Counted from the stretch's first letter, positions 1 to 8,700 are shown. The stretch is DNA of 32,000 bases from Pseudomonas aeruginosa (GCF_001457615.1 NZ_LN831024.1:4290001-4322000), one strand, 5' to 3'. A program made the numbers and translations. Notes: generated from the letters alone by a model not told the origin.

Positions 1-123
1 TCGAACCGAAGGCGCATGCCGGCGGGCCGCTGCTGGCGGCCGGCAAGCCGCGTTGAAACCTCGCCGAACCACCGCCCGGCGCCAGGCGTGCCGGGCCAAT
101 CCCTAGCGAACAAGGAACCGCCT

Positions 124-777
124 ATGCCACTTGCCCTCTTCGACCTCGACGACACCCTGATCGACGGCGACTGCGCGACCCTCTGGGGGCGCTACATGAC
201 CGAACTGGGCTGGGTCGAGAAGACCGCCTTCCTGCACCAGGAACGCCACCTCATGGAACTCTATGCCGAGGGCCGGCTGGCCATGGAGGACTACATGGAC
301 TTCAGCCTGGCGCCCATCGCCGGCCGCACCCCGGCGGAGATCGCCGGCGCCGTCGAGGATTTCGTCGCGCGGATCATAGCGCCGCGCATCCACGCCGACG
401 CCCTGCGCTGCCTGGAACGCCACCGCCAGGCCGGCGACCGCCTGCTGATCATCTCCGCCTCGGCGCACTTCCTGGTCAGCGCCATCGGCCGCCGGCTGGG
501 GGTGGACGAGGTGCTGGCGATCGACATCGAGGAGCGCGACGGCCTCTACACCGGGCGCACCCGCGGCACCCTCACCTACCGCGAGGGCAAGGTCCGTCGC
601 CTCGACGCCTGGCTGGCCCAGGAGGGCGAGACGCTGGCCGGCGCGACCTTCTATTCCGACTCGCGCAACGACCTGCCGCTGCTCTCGCGGGTCGACCGGC
701 CGCACACGGTGAACCCCGACCCGGCGCTGCTCGGGCACGCCCGCGAGGCCGGCTGGCCGGTGCTGCAATGGCGCTGA
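124..777 (+). CDS. HAD-superfamily hydrolase, subfamily IB (SerB-like phosphatase)
   Basis: MPLALFDLDDTLIDGDC nucleophile motif (DxDxT), 'IISASAHFLV' motif II and 'FYSDSRNDLPLL' motif IV. ATG at 124 follows aaggaa. Confidence 0.9.
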   Translation: MPLALFDLDDTLIDGDCATLWGRYMTELGWVEKTAFLHQERHLMELYAEGRLAMEDYMDFSLAPIAGRTPAEIAGAVEDFVARIIAPRIHADALRCLERHRQAGDRLLIISASAHFLVSAIGRRLGVDEVLAIDIEERDGLYTGRTRGTLTYREGKVRRLDAWLAQEGETLAGATFYSDSRNDLPLLSRVDRPHTVNPDPALLGHAREAGWPVLQWR

Positions 778-858
778 GAAGGCGCGCCGCGCTATACCGC
801 CGGCGGCCCGGAAGCATTACCCTGTAGCCCCCCGGAGCCCCAGCGGAGAAGCGTCGAT

Positions 859-1575
859 ATGCGCGACGAGCCGTCCCGACCCCTGACGGTGATCTACCAG
901 TCCCTGCGCGAGCAGATCGAGCGCGGCCTGCTCGCGCGCGGCAGCAAGCTGCCCAGCGAACGGCAGTTGAGCGAGCTGTTCTCGACCACCCGCATCACCC
1001 TGCGCGAGGCGCTCGGCCAGTTGGAGGACCAGGGCCTGATCTACCGCGAGGAACGCCGCGGCTGGTTCGTCTCGCCGCAGCGGCTGCTGTACAACCCGCT
1101 GGTGCGCAGCCACTTCCACGCGATGGTCGCCGACCAGGGCCGGGTGCCGGAGACCGAGGTGCTCGGCGCGGCGATGATCCCGGCCAGCGTCGACATCTGC
1201 CAGCGCCTGGAGCTGCCGGCGCTGTCGCGGGTGTTCCAGATCCGCCGGGCGCGGCGGGTCGACGGGCGGCTGGTGCTGTACGTCGAGCACTACCTGAATC
1301 CCGCCTACTTTCCCGGCATCGAGCGCTTCGACCTGACTCGCTCGCTGACCGATCTCTACGCCAACCACTACGGCATCCGCTACGGCCGGGTGCGCTTCGA
1401 GATGGTCCCGACCATCCTCCCGGCGGAAGCCGCCGGGCCGCTGCGGGTTTCGGTGGGCAGCCCGGCGCTGCAGATCGTGCGGGTCAACCGCGACCAGGCG
1501 GGCCGCCTGATCGACTGCGACCTGGAGTACTGGCGCCACGACGCGCTACAGGTCAACGTCGAGGTGCCCGAGTAG
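859..1575 (+). CDS. GntR-family transcriptional regulator with UTRA-like effector domain (HutC subfamily)
   Basis: N-terminal wHTH 'IYQSLREQIERGLLARGSKLPSERQLSELFSTTRITLREALGQLEDQGLIYREERRGWFV'; UTRA-like C-terminus. Confidence 0.92.
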   Translation: MRDEPSRPLTVIYQSLREQIERGLLARGSKLPSERQLSELFSTTRITLREALGQLEDQGLIYREERRGWFVSPQRLLYNPLVRSHFHAMVADQGRVPETEVLGAAMIPASVDICQRLELPALSRVFQIRRARRVDGRLVLYVEHYLNPAYFPGIERFDLTRSLTDLYANHYGIRYGRVRFEMVPTILPAEAAGPLRVSVGSPALQIVRVNRDQAGRLIDCDLEYWRHDALQVNVEVPE

Positions 1576-1740
1576 CGCTCCGCGGTCCTGTTCCTGGCGC
1601 ATGCATGACCGCCTGGCGGGTTTCCCGCCGCTTCCAGCGCATTGGTCGACCGCTGGGCACGCTGCGTCGACGCTGAGCGGTTGCCGCTGACGGCACGGCC
1701 TGCTAAAAGCGGCGACGACATTCGAAAATGCGATACGACC

Positions 1741-2643
1741 ATGAGCGACAGTGAAAAATCGAATAGCCGCCTGTTCGACCTCGACCTGCTCCGCGCCATC
1801 GTCACGGTGGCCGACTGCGGCAGCTTCACCACTGCCGCCGCGCGCCTGCACTCGACCCAGTCGACCGTCAGCCAGAAGGTTCGCCGCTTGGAGGAAATGG
1901 CCGGACACCGCCTGCTGGAGCGCGGCAACCGCGACGTGTTGCCGACCGACGCCGGCGATACGCTGCTCGGCTATGCCCGCCGCCTGCTGGCACTGAACGA
2001 CGAACTGGCCGAGGCGCTATCCGGCGCCACGGTGGCGCTGACGGTACGTATCGGCGTGCCGGACGACTTCGCCGCCGGCCGTACCACCGAGCGACTGGCG
2101 GCCTTCAACCGGCGTTATCCACAGGTCAAGCTGGAAGTCACCAGCGGCATGAGCCGCGACCTCAGCGCCAGCTACGACCGCGGCGAACTGGACCTGGTGC
2201 TGCTCAAGCAGCGACGCGCCAGCCGCGAGGCACTGGCCTGCTGGCCGGAAAAGACATGCTGGGTGGACAGCGCCAGGAACCCCTGCATCGACCTCGACCC
2301 GCTGCCCATCGTCACCTTCCCGCCGCGCGGGGTCTACCGCGACGAGATGATCGCCGCCCTGGAAGCGGTCGGCCGGCGCTGGCACATCAGCTTCACCAGT
2401 TCCAGCCTCAGCGGTCTGCAATCGGCCATCGCCGACGGCATGGGCATCGGCCTGCTGCCGCTGCGCGCGGTGAGCGCAGGCCACGCGGTGCTGCCGAAGA
2501 ACGTCGGGCTGCCGGCGGTGGACGTGTTCGAAGTGGCGCTGCTGCACCGGCCGGCGGCGGATCCGATGGTGAAGGCGCTGGCGCGCGTGCTGTCGCGGGT
2601 GCTGGCGGAAGATACCCGGAGCCGTCCCGCATTCGAAAAATGA
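1741..2643 (+). CDS. LysR-family transcriptional regulator
   Basis: 'FDLDLLRAIVTVADCGSFTTAAARLHSTQSTVSQKVRRLEEMAGHRLLERGNR' LysR HTH. The listed ORF opens at 1642; ATG 1741 is the likely start because the HTH begins shortly after it. Confidence 0.88.
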   Translation: MSDSEKSNSRLFDLDLLRAIVTVADCGSFTTAAARLHSTQSTVSQKVRRLEEMAGHRLLERGNRDVLPTDAGDTLLGYARRLLALNDELAEALSGATVALTVRIGVPDDFAAGRTTERLAAFNRRYPQVKLEVTSGMSRDLSASYDRGELDLVLLKQRRASREALACWPEKTCWVDSARNPCIDLDPLPIVTFPPRGVYRDEMIAALEAVGRRWHISFTSSSLSGLQSAIADGMGIGLLPLRAVSAGHAVLPKNVGLPAVDVFEVALLHRPAADPMVKALARVLSRVLAEDTRSRPAFEK

Positions 2644-2779
2644 ATATGCTGGATTCCAACATTTAATTTGTGCATGCGCCAGGCGCTGGATATCGTTGCC
2701 GTCAGCAACGGCTCGCGCCCGCCCGTTTCGCTCCGGCGGCGCGTGAGCCGGCAGCAAGACAACAACGAGGAAACGCTCC

Positions 2780-3616
2780 ATGTCCAAGTCCAGCTACTAC
2801 GCGCCGCACGGCGGGCACCCGGCACAGACCGAGCTGCTCACCGACCGGGCGATGTTCACCGAAGCCTATGCCGTGATTCCCAAGGGGGTGATGCGCGATA
2901 TCGTCACCAGCCACCTGCCGTTCTGGGACAACATGCGCATGTGGGTGATCGCCCGCCCGCTGTCCGGCTTCGCCGAGACCTTCTCGCAGTACATCGTCGA
3001 ACTGGCGCCCAACGGTGGCAGCGACAAACCGGAGCAGGATCCCAACGCCGAGGCCGTGCTGTTCGTCGTCGAGGGCGAGCTGAGCCTGACCCTGCAGGGC
3101 CAGGTCCACGCCATGCAGCCGGGCGGCTACGCCTTCATTCCGCCGGGCGCCGACTACAAGGTGCGCAATACCACCGGCCAGCACACCCGCTTCCACTGGA
3201 TCCGCAAGCACTACCAGAAGGTCGACGGCGTACCGCTGCCGGAAGCCTTCGTCACCAACGAGCAGGACATCCAGCCGCTGGTGATGCCGGACACCGAAGG
3301 CCGCTGGAGCACCACCCGCTTCGTCGACATGAGCGACATGCGCCACGACATGCACGTCAACATCGTCAACTTCGAGCCGGGCGGCGTGATCCCCTTCGCC
3401 GAGACCCACGTGATGGAGCACGGCCTGTACGTGCTGGAAGGCAAGGCGGTGTACCGCCTGAACCAGGACTGGGTCGAGGTGGAGGCCGGCGACTTCATGT
3501 GGCTGCGCGCCTTCTGCCCGCAGGCCTGCTATTCGGGCGGCCCGGGGCGCTTCCGCTACCTGCTGTACAAGGATGTCAACCGGCACATGCGCCTGACTCT
3601 CAATGCGCCGCATTGA
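2780..3616 (+). CDS. bicupin protein, probable (S)-ureidoglycine aminohydrolase (AllE/YlbA family)
   Basis: 278 aa, two cupin halves; 'DMHVNIVNFEPGGVIPFAETHVMEHGLYVLEGKAVYRLNQDWVEVEAGDFMW' closely follows the YlbA pattern 'DMNMHILSF.PG..H.YIETHVQEHGAYIL.G.GVY.L...W'. Confidence 0.8.
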   Translation: MSKSSYYAPHGGHPAQTELLTDRAMFTEAYAVIPKGVMRDIVTSHLPFWDNMRMWVIARPLSGFAETFSQYIVELAPNGGSDKPEQDPNAEAVLFVVEGELSLTLQGQVHAMQPGGYAFIPPGADYKVRNTTGQHTRFHWIRKHYQKVDGVPLPEAFVTNEQDIQPLVMPDTEGRWSTTRFVDMSDMRHDMHVNIVNFEPGGVIPFAETHVMEHGLYVLEGKAVYRLNQDWVEVEAGDFMWLRAFCPQACYSGGPGRFRYLLYKDVNRHMRLTLNAPH

Positions 3617-3637
3617 GGGCGGGACAGGCTGAAAGGG

Positions 3638-3664
3638 AACCCGGCGCCATGGCGCCGGGTTTTT
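3638..3664 (+). terminator. rho-independent terminator downstream of the ureidoglycine aminohydrolase-like gene
   Basis: AACCCGGCGCC-AT-GGCGCCGGGTT followed by a T-rich tract (TTTTCGTTT), 21 nt after the stop codon. Confidence 0.85.
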
Positions 3665-3713
3665 CGTTTGCGGAAGGCGCCCAGCCCTTCGTCAGCTCCG
3701 GGCGCGGAGGACT

Positions 3714-4562
3714 TCAGGGCGAACCGAACATGGCCGTCCAGTAGATTCCCGCGTCGCTCTTCGGATCGGTGGCGTAGGCCGCGCCCAGCTCGCGGTAGCC
3801 GGGGTTCATCAGGTTGGCGCAGTGGCCCGGGCTGGCCAGCCAGCCGTCGACCACCTTGTCCACCCCGTCCTGGCCGGCGGCGATGTTTTCGCCGACCAGC
3901 CCGCCGCTGTAGCCGGCCAGCTCGGCGCGGTCGCCGGGGGTGCGGCCGTCGCGGTCGAGGTGGTCGAAGAAATTGCCGTTGGCCATCGCCCGCGAATGCG
4001 CTTCGGCGGCGCCGCCAAGGGTGGCGTTCCAGGCCAGCGGCTGGGCCGCTGCGTAAGGTTTGCCACCGCACTGGCGGGCTTGCCCGCGGGCGGCATTGAT
4101 CCGTTCCAGGAGCTTCTGCCCTTCCGCCTGCCAATCGCCCATGCCACCGCGCAGCAATGGCCGGGCGAGGACGATGCGCCAGTCGCGGTCCTGGCGGCTG
4201 ACGCCGACGTCGACGAACTGCGGGTCGAGCACCACGCGACAGAAGCTTTCCTGCAGCGCCTTCATCGCCGCGCCGGCATCGCGCGGCCCGGAAAGGCTGA
4301 TCGACTGCACGTTGACCATCGGGTAGGCGGCCTGTGCCATCGCCTGCTGCAGGTCGCCGGCGGCATTCACCGGCAAGGCCAGGCGCGGGTCGGCGGCCAG
4401 CGGCGGCAGTTCGCCGCTGGCCTGCCCGCCGCAGGACTGCACCTGGCCACGGTAGGCGTTGATCGCCTCGACCAGTTGCGCCTCGTCGGCGGCACTAGCG
4501 GCCGCTGCGAGCGCCAGCCCGAGCGTCAGTACGGCCAAACGCGGGATGCTTGGGATTGCCAT
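3714..4562 (-). CDS. secreted CAP-domain (SCP/PR-1-like) protein with duplicated domain
   Basis: Signal peptide 'RLAVLTLGLALAAAASAADE'; C-terminal CAP signatures 'HSRAMANGNFFDHLDRDG', 'GGLVGENIAAG', 'VVDGWLASPGHCANLMNPGYRELGAAY'. Confidence 0.9.
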   Translation of the reverse strand: MAIPSIPRLAVLTLGLALAAAASAADEAQLVEAINAYRGQVQSCGGQASGELPPLAADPRLALPVNAAGDLQQAMAQAAYPMVNVQSISLSGPRDAGAAMKALQESFCRVVLDPQFVDVGVSRQDRDWRIVLARPLLRGGMGDWQAEGQKLLERINAARGQARQCGGKPYAAAQPLAWNATLGGAAEAHSRAMANGNFFDHLDRDGRTPGDRAELAGYSGGLVGENIAAGQDGVDKVVDGWLASPGHCANLMNPGYRELGAAYATDPKSDAGIYWTAMFGSP

Positions 4563-4652
4563 GGAAATCTCCTCGATCTGATGGCGCCTATGATGCGTGA
4601 TTCCGCGGCGCGCCGCCGCATTCGACCGGAACCCGGCGCCGGCGTTGCAGGC

Positions 4653-5528
4653 TCAGGCCGGCGCTTCGGCGAACGCCTCCACCAACCGCTCGATCACCGC
4701 GCGGACCCGCGCGGTGTGGCGCAGGTCCTTGTGGGTAACCATCCACACCTCGTATGGCCGGCGTCGCTCGCGCTGCGGCCAGACCCGCACCAGTCCGTCG
4801 CGCTCGCCCATGTACAGCGGCAGCTCGCAGAGTCCCAGGCCGCGCGCCAGGGCCTGGCGCACCATCATGTTGGAATTCACCGCGATGACCACCCGGCCGT
4901 CGCGGATCGGCTCGCCGCCCAGGGTCAGTTCGCGCTGGCTGTGCCAATAGGGTTCGTACATCACCAGGTCGTGGCCGCGGAAACGCTCGCCGGGCACCGG
5001 CACGCCGTTGCGCCGCAGGTAGTCCGCGGAAGCGAACAGGCCCATGGGCCAACTGGCGAGTTTTCTCAGGATCAAATCGGGATTTTCCGGCCGCAGGGTG
5101 CGAATCGCGATGTCGGTCTCGCGCTTGGGCAAGTCGACCACGGCCGAAGCGCTGTCGAGCAGCACGCGGATATCCGGGTGTTCAAGGTGCAGGCGGGCCA
5201 GGGCGGGTAGCACGAAGTCGACGGCCAGGGAGTCGGTGGTGGACAACCGCACCTCGCCGGACAGTCGGTGGTCCATCCCGCGGGTCCGCCGCAGCAACTC
5301 CAGGGCCGAGCGCTCCATCTTCTCGGCCAGTTCGAAGGCCGCCTCGCCGGCCGGGGTCAGCAGGTAGCCGGACGAGGTGCGCAGGAACAGGGTCGAGCCC
5401 AGCGCCGCCTCCAGCGACGCCAGCCGCCGGCCCACCGTGGCCTGGTCGACGTGAAGTGCGCGGGCGGCGCCGCGCAGGGTGTGCTCGCGGCAGAGCGCGA
5501 GGAAGACGCGGGTGTCGTCCCAATTCAT
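4653..5528 (-). CDS. LysR-family transcriptional regulator
   Basis: 'MNWDDTRVFLALCREHTLRGAARALHVDQATVGRRLASLEAALGSTLFLRTSSGYLLTPAG'; 291 aa from ATG at 5528. Divergent from the 5644 oxidoreductase gene. Confidence 0.92.
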   Translation of the reverse strand: MNWDDTRVFLALCREHTLRGAARALHVDQATVGRRLASLEAALGSTLFLRTSSGYLLTPAGEAAFELAEKMERSALELLRRTRGMDHRLSGEVRLSTTDSLAVDFVLPALARLHLEHPDIRVLLDSASAVVDLPKRETDIAIRTLRPENPDLILRKLASWPMGLFASADYLRRNGVPVPGERFRGHDLVMYEPYWHSQRELTLGGEPIRDGRVVIAVNSNMMVRQALARGLGLCELPLYMGERDGLVRVWPQRERRRPYEVWMVTHKDLRHTARVRAVIERLVEAFAEAPA

Positions 5529-5538
5529 GGCGGTTGTC

Positions 5539-5558
5539 CTGATGCATTTTCGCATCAG
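5539..5558. promoter_or_regulatory. candidate operator (inverted repeat) in the LysR/oxidoreductase divergent region
   Basis: CTGATGC-ATTTTC-GCATCAG, perfect 7-bp arms with 6-bp spacer, 11-30 bp upstream of the lysR start. Confidence 0.5.
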
Positions 5559-5643
5559 TCTAATGAAAAAGCGCTGCGCGACCACGGCATCCGCGCTGAT
5601 TACCATGCGAACCAGGTCCGAACCACTTTCCCAGGAGCATGCG

Positions 5644-6660
5644 ATGAGCAGCACGAACCGATTTCCCGAACGAATGACCGCCATCGAGATCGCCCGGCCC
5701 GGCGGCCCCGAGGTACTGGTGGCGACCAGCCGGCCGCTGCCGACGCCCGGCCCGCGCGAGGTCCTGGTCGAAGTCCGCGCCGCCGGCGTCAACGGTCCCG
5801 ACGTGCTTCAGCGCAAGGGCGTGTACGACCCGCCGCCCGGCGCCTCGGACATTCCCGGCCTGGAGATCGCCGGCACGGTGCGGGCGGTCGGCAGCGAGGT
5901 CAGCCGCTTCGCCGTCGGCGAGGCGGTGATGGCGTTGATTCCCGGCGGCGGCTACGCGCAGTTCGCGGTGGCCGACGAGCGCACCACCCTGCACCTGCCC
6001 GACGGCCTGGGCATGGAGGAAGCGGCGGCGCTGCCGGAAACCTTCATGACCGTCTGGGTCAACCTGTTCCAGCGCGGTGGCTTCAAGGCCGGCGAGACGC
6101 TGCTGGTCCACGGTGGCGCCTCCGGCATCGGCACCACCGCGACCATGCTGGGCAAGGCCTTCGGCGCGGCGAAGATCTTCACCACGATCTCCAGCGAGGC
6201 CCAGCGCGAGGCCAGCCTGCGCCTCGGCGCCGACGTGGCGATCGACTACACCGAGCAGGACTTCGTCGAGGAAGTGCTGCGCGGCACCGAAGGTCGCGGG
6301 GTCGATGTGATCGTCGATATCGTTGCCGGCGACTATGTGACGCGGAACTACCAGGCGGCGGCGATGAACGGACGGATCGTGCAGATCGGCGTGATCAAGG
6401 GCAAGGCCGCCGAAGTCGACCTGTTCCCGATGCTGAGCAAGCGCCTGGTCCATCTTGGCTCGACCCTGCGCTCGCGAAGCCACGACGAGAAAGGCGCGAT
6501 CATCGCCGAACTGGAGCGCCAGGTCTGGCCGCATGTGCGCGCCGGCACTGTCCGGCCGCAAGTGTTCCGCACCTTCCCTCTGGAACAGGCGCGCCAGGCC
6601 CACGAACTGATGGACTCCGGCCAGCACATCGGCAAGATCGTCCTCACGTCCGCTCCCTGA
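5644..6660 (+). CDS. zinc-type alcohol dehydrogenase-like NAD(P)H:quinone oxidoreductase (MDR family)
   Basis: 'RPGGPEVLVATSRPLPTPGPREVLVEVRAAGVNGPDVLQRKGVY', 'LLVHGGASGIGTTATMLGKAFGAAKIFTT', C-terminal 'HELMDSGQHIGKIVL'. Confidence 0.92.
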   Translation: MSSTNRFPERMTAIEIARPGGPEVLVATSRPLPTPGPREVLVEVRAAGVNGPDVLQRKGVYDPPPGASDIPGLEIAGTVRAVGSEVSRFAVGEAVMALIPGGGYAQFAVADERTTLHLPDGLGMEEAAALPETFMTVWVNLFQRGGFKAGETLLVHGGASGIGTTATMLGKAFGAAKIFTTISSEAQREASLRLGADVAIDYTEQDFVEEVLRGTEGRGVDVIVDIVAGDYVTRNYQAAAMNGRIVQIGVIKGKAAEVDLFPMLSKRLVHLGSTLRSRSHDEKGAIIAELERQVWPHVRAGTVRPQVFRTFPLEQARQAHELMDSGQHIGKIVLTSAP

Positions 6661-6666
6661 GGCCGC

Positions 6667-7398
6667 TCAGACCTCGATATCGCCCAGGCGCAGCGCCCGC
6701 GCCACCGCCTGGGCGGTGGACGCCGCGCCGAGACGGCGGCGGGCGGCACGCAGGTGATTCTCCACGGTGCGCTCGGAAATCATCAGGATCGCCGCCACCT
6801 CCGCCTGCTGCTTGCCCAGGGCGATCCATTGCAGGACTTCCCGCTCGCGCTCGCTGAGCGCTTGCGCATCGCCCGCCGACACAGGGCCGCGCAGGCGCTT
6901 CAGGGCGAAGAACAGGATCGGGCAGAAGGCCTGGGCGGCGAGCTTGCAACCGGCATTCAGGTCCAGCCGCTCGCCGGCGAAAGACACCGCGCCCTCCAGA
7001 CCGTTGCGGCCGAACACCGGCACCTGCATGCCATTGACCTGGCCGAGGTCGCGGACCCCACGGACGATGCGGTAGGTCATGCGCTCGGGATCCTCCGAGG
7101 GGCTCTTCGACCAGAAGAACGGCTCGTCCAGCTCGAGGATGTGCCGGGTGACCGGACAGTGCAGAAGATAGGCGTCGCGCTCCTGGGCGCTGCGCCCTTC
7201 GGCCCAGTCGCCATGGACGAAGAACAGCTCGTCGATCAGTTCGTCCTCGTCGGGGCGGGGGAACAGGCTGCAGACGATCACCCGGTCGAAGCCCAGGCGT
7301 GCGGCGAACTCCACCATCTCGCGGCAGACCGCCTCGGTGGTAGCGGCCTTGCGCAGCCGGGCGACGCTGTCGAAGAGAAGGCTGGCGTAGTCGGTCAT
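6667..7398 (-). CDS. LuxR-family transcriptional regulator with autoinducer-binding-like domain (LuxR solo)
   Basis: C-terminal HTH '[48 protein letters not shown]'; N-terminus '[20 protein letters not shown]' aligns without gaps to LasR '[20 protein letters not shown]'. Start ATG 7398 (ORF opens at 7455). Confidence 0.88.
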   Translation of the reverse strand: MTDYASLLFDSVARLRKAATTEAVCREMVEFAARLGFDRVIVCSLFPRPDEDELIDELFFVHGDWAEGRSAQERDAYLLHCPVTRHILELDEPFFWSKSPSEDPERMTYRIVRGVRDLGQVNGMQVPVFGRNGLEGAVSFAGERLDLNAGCKLAAQAFCPILFFALKRLRGPVSAGDAQALSEREREVLQWIALGKQQAEVAAILMISERTVENHLRAARRRLGAASTAQAVARALRLGDIEV

Positions 7399-7454
7399 GG
7401 AGCGGACGTTCCTGGCTTTTTCCGCATGATCCCCGGCTTGCCGGCAAAAGCCCA

Positions 7455-7470
7455 TAGGGGAAAACCCTCA
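7455..7470. promoter_or_regulatory. candidate operator half of a pair (imperfect palindrome)
   Basis: TAGGGGAAAACCCTCA; 11/16 identical to the perfect palindrome at 7488-7503, start-to-start spacing 33 bp. Confidence 0.5.
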
Positions 7471-7487
7471 GGCGACCGATCGTGGGT

Positions 7488-7503
7488 TAGGGGATTTCCC
7501 CTA
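7488..7503. promoter_or_regulatory. candidate operator (palindrome) upstream of hchA
   Basis: TAGGGGA-TT-TCCCCTA, perfect 7-bp arms, in the divergent luxR/hchA intergenic region. Confidence 0.6.
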
Positions 7504-7569
7504 TTTCGCCGGCCGGCGACCCCGCCTATCGTCTTGGTACGACCTCCATCACGCAGAAAGGAACGAGCC

Positions 7570-8445
7570 ATGAGCAACGAGCGCGATACCAGCAGAACCC
7601 CGACGCCCGACCACGCAGAGCACAACGCGTTCTTTCCCTCGCCCTATTCCCTGAGCCAGTACACCTCGGCAAAGACCGACTTCGACGGCGCCGACTACCC
7701 GACCCCGTACAAGGGCGGCAAGAAGGTGCTGATGATCGGTACCGACGAACGCTACATCCTGATGCAGAACGGCAGCATGTTCTCCACCGGCAACCACCCG
7801 GTGGAAATGCTCCTGCCGATGTACCACCTGGACAAGGCCGGCTTCGAGTTCGATGTCGCCACGCTCTCCGGCAACCCGGTGAAGCTGGAGATGTGGGCGA
7901 TGCCCGGTGAGGACGAGGCGGTGAAGAGCATCTACGCGAAGTACCTGCCCAAGCTGAAAGCGCCGCGGAAGCTCGCCGACCTCCTGGAGCAGGCCGTCGC
8001 CGACGACTCGCCGTACGCCGCGGTGTTCGTTCCCGGCGGCCACGGCGTGCTGGCGGGCATTCCGCACAGCCGGGAGGTGAAACGGCTGCTCAATGCCTTC
8101 CTCGCCAAGGACCGCTACATCATCACCCTTTGCCACGGTCCGGCCTGCCTGCTGGCACCGGCGGTCGACGAGAAGCCGGAGGACTACCCGTTCAAGGGCT
8201 ACGAGATCTGCGTGTTCCCCGACGCCCTGGACACCGGCGCCAACCTGGAGATCGGCTACATGCCCGGTCCCCTGCCCTGGCTGGTGGGCGAGAACCTGCA
8301 GAAGCTCGGGGTGAAGATCCTCAACAAGGGCATCACCGGCCAGGTCCACCGCGACCGCAAGCTGCTCACCGGCGACAGCCCGCTGGCCTCCAACAACCTT
8401 GGCAAGCTGGCCGCCAAGACCCTTCTCGAAGCGTTCGCCCGCTGA
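7570..8445 (+). CDS. hchA: Hsp31 / glyoxalase III / protein deglycase HchA
   Basis: 291 aa DJ-1/PfpI superfamily; '[34 protein letters not shown]', 'FVPGGHGVL', nucleophile elbow '[12 protein letters not shown]'. ATG 7570 preceded by aaaggaacgagcc. Confidence 0.95.
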   Translation: MSNERDTSRTPTPDHAEHNAFFPSPYSLSQYTSAKTDFDGADYPTPYKGGKKVLMIGTDERYILMQNGSMFSTGNHPVEMLLPMYHLDKAGFEFDVATLSGNPVKLEMWAMPGEDEAVKSIYAKYLPKLKAPRKLADLLEQAVADDSPYAAVFVPGGHGVLAGIPHSREVKRLLNAFLAKDRYIITLCHGPACLLAPAVDEKPEDYPFKGYEICVFPDALDTGANLEIGYMPGPLPWLVGENLQKLGVKILNKGITGQVHRDRKLLTGDSPLASNNLGKLAAKTLLEAFAR

Positions 8446-8457
8446 TTCCCCGCCGCG

Positions 8458-8482
8458 CCCCGTCCGTGCCCCACGGACGGGG
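8458..8482 (+). terminator. stem-loop immediately downstream of hchA (no U-tract)
   Basis: CCCCGTCCGT-GCCCC-ACGGACGGGG, perfect 10-bp stem, 12 nt after the stop codon, not followed by a T-run. Confidence 0.45.
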
Positions 8483-8700
8483 ACATCTCCCGTTCGTCCC
8501 GGCGTCATCGAACTTAAACCGGCCTGGCGCAGCATCGTCCTTCAGGAAGAGGAATGGCGCGTTGCCCGACGCCGTCCGGCGAAAGACGAATCGATGACCG
8601 CACAGAAAGAAAACTCTGACAGCACACCGACTAGTCGTCCTCCCTTCCCGCCGTTACGGTTCCGGGCTTGCGCACAAAGCCGAACCCAAGGGGGCCCCTC

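Noticed and set aside
5268-6857. 529-aa plus-strand ORF (and similar long opposite-frame ORFs such as 3822-5210, 6754-8445 upstream of 7570, 10485-12776, 16604-18436, 19895-21679, 24522-26198, 24595-27255)
   Set aside because: Low-complexity Arg/Ala/Pro/Gly-rich translations with no domain signatures, lying opposite or out of frame with clearly identified genes; the usual high-GC shadow ORFs.
8628-8637. CGACTAGTCG palindrome upstream of the DUF393 gene
   Set aside because: A single 10-bp palindrome can occur by chance and I saw no related copy nearby.
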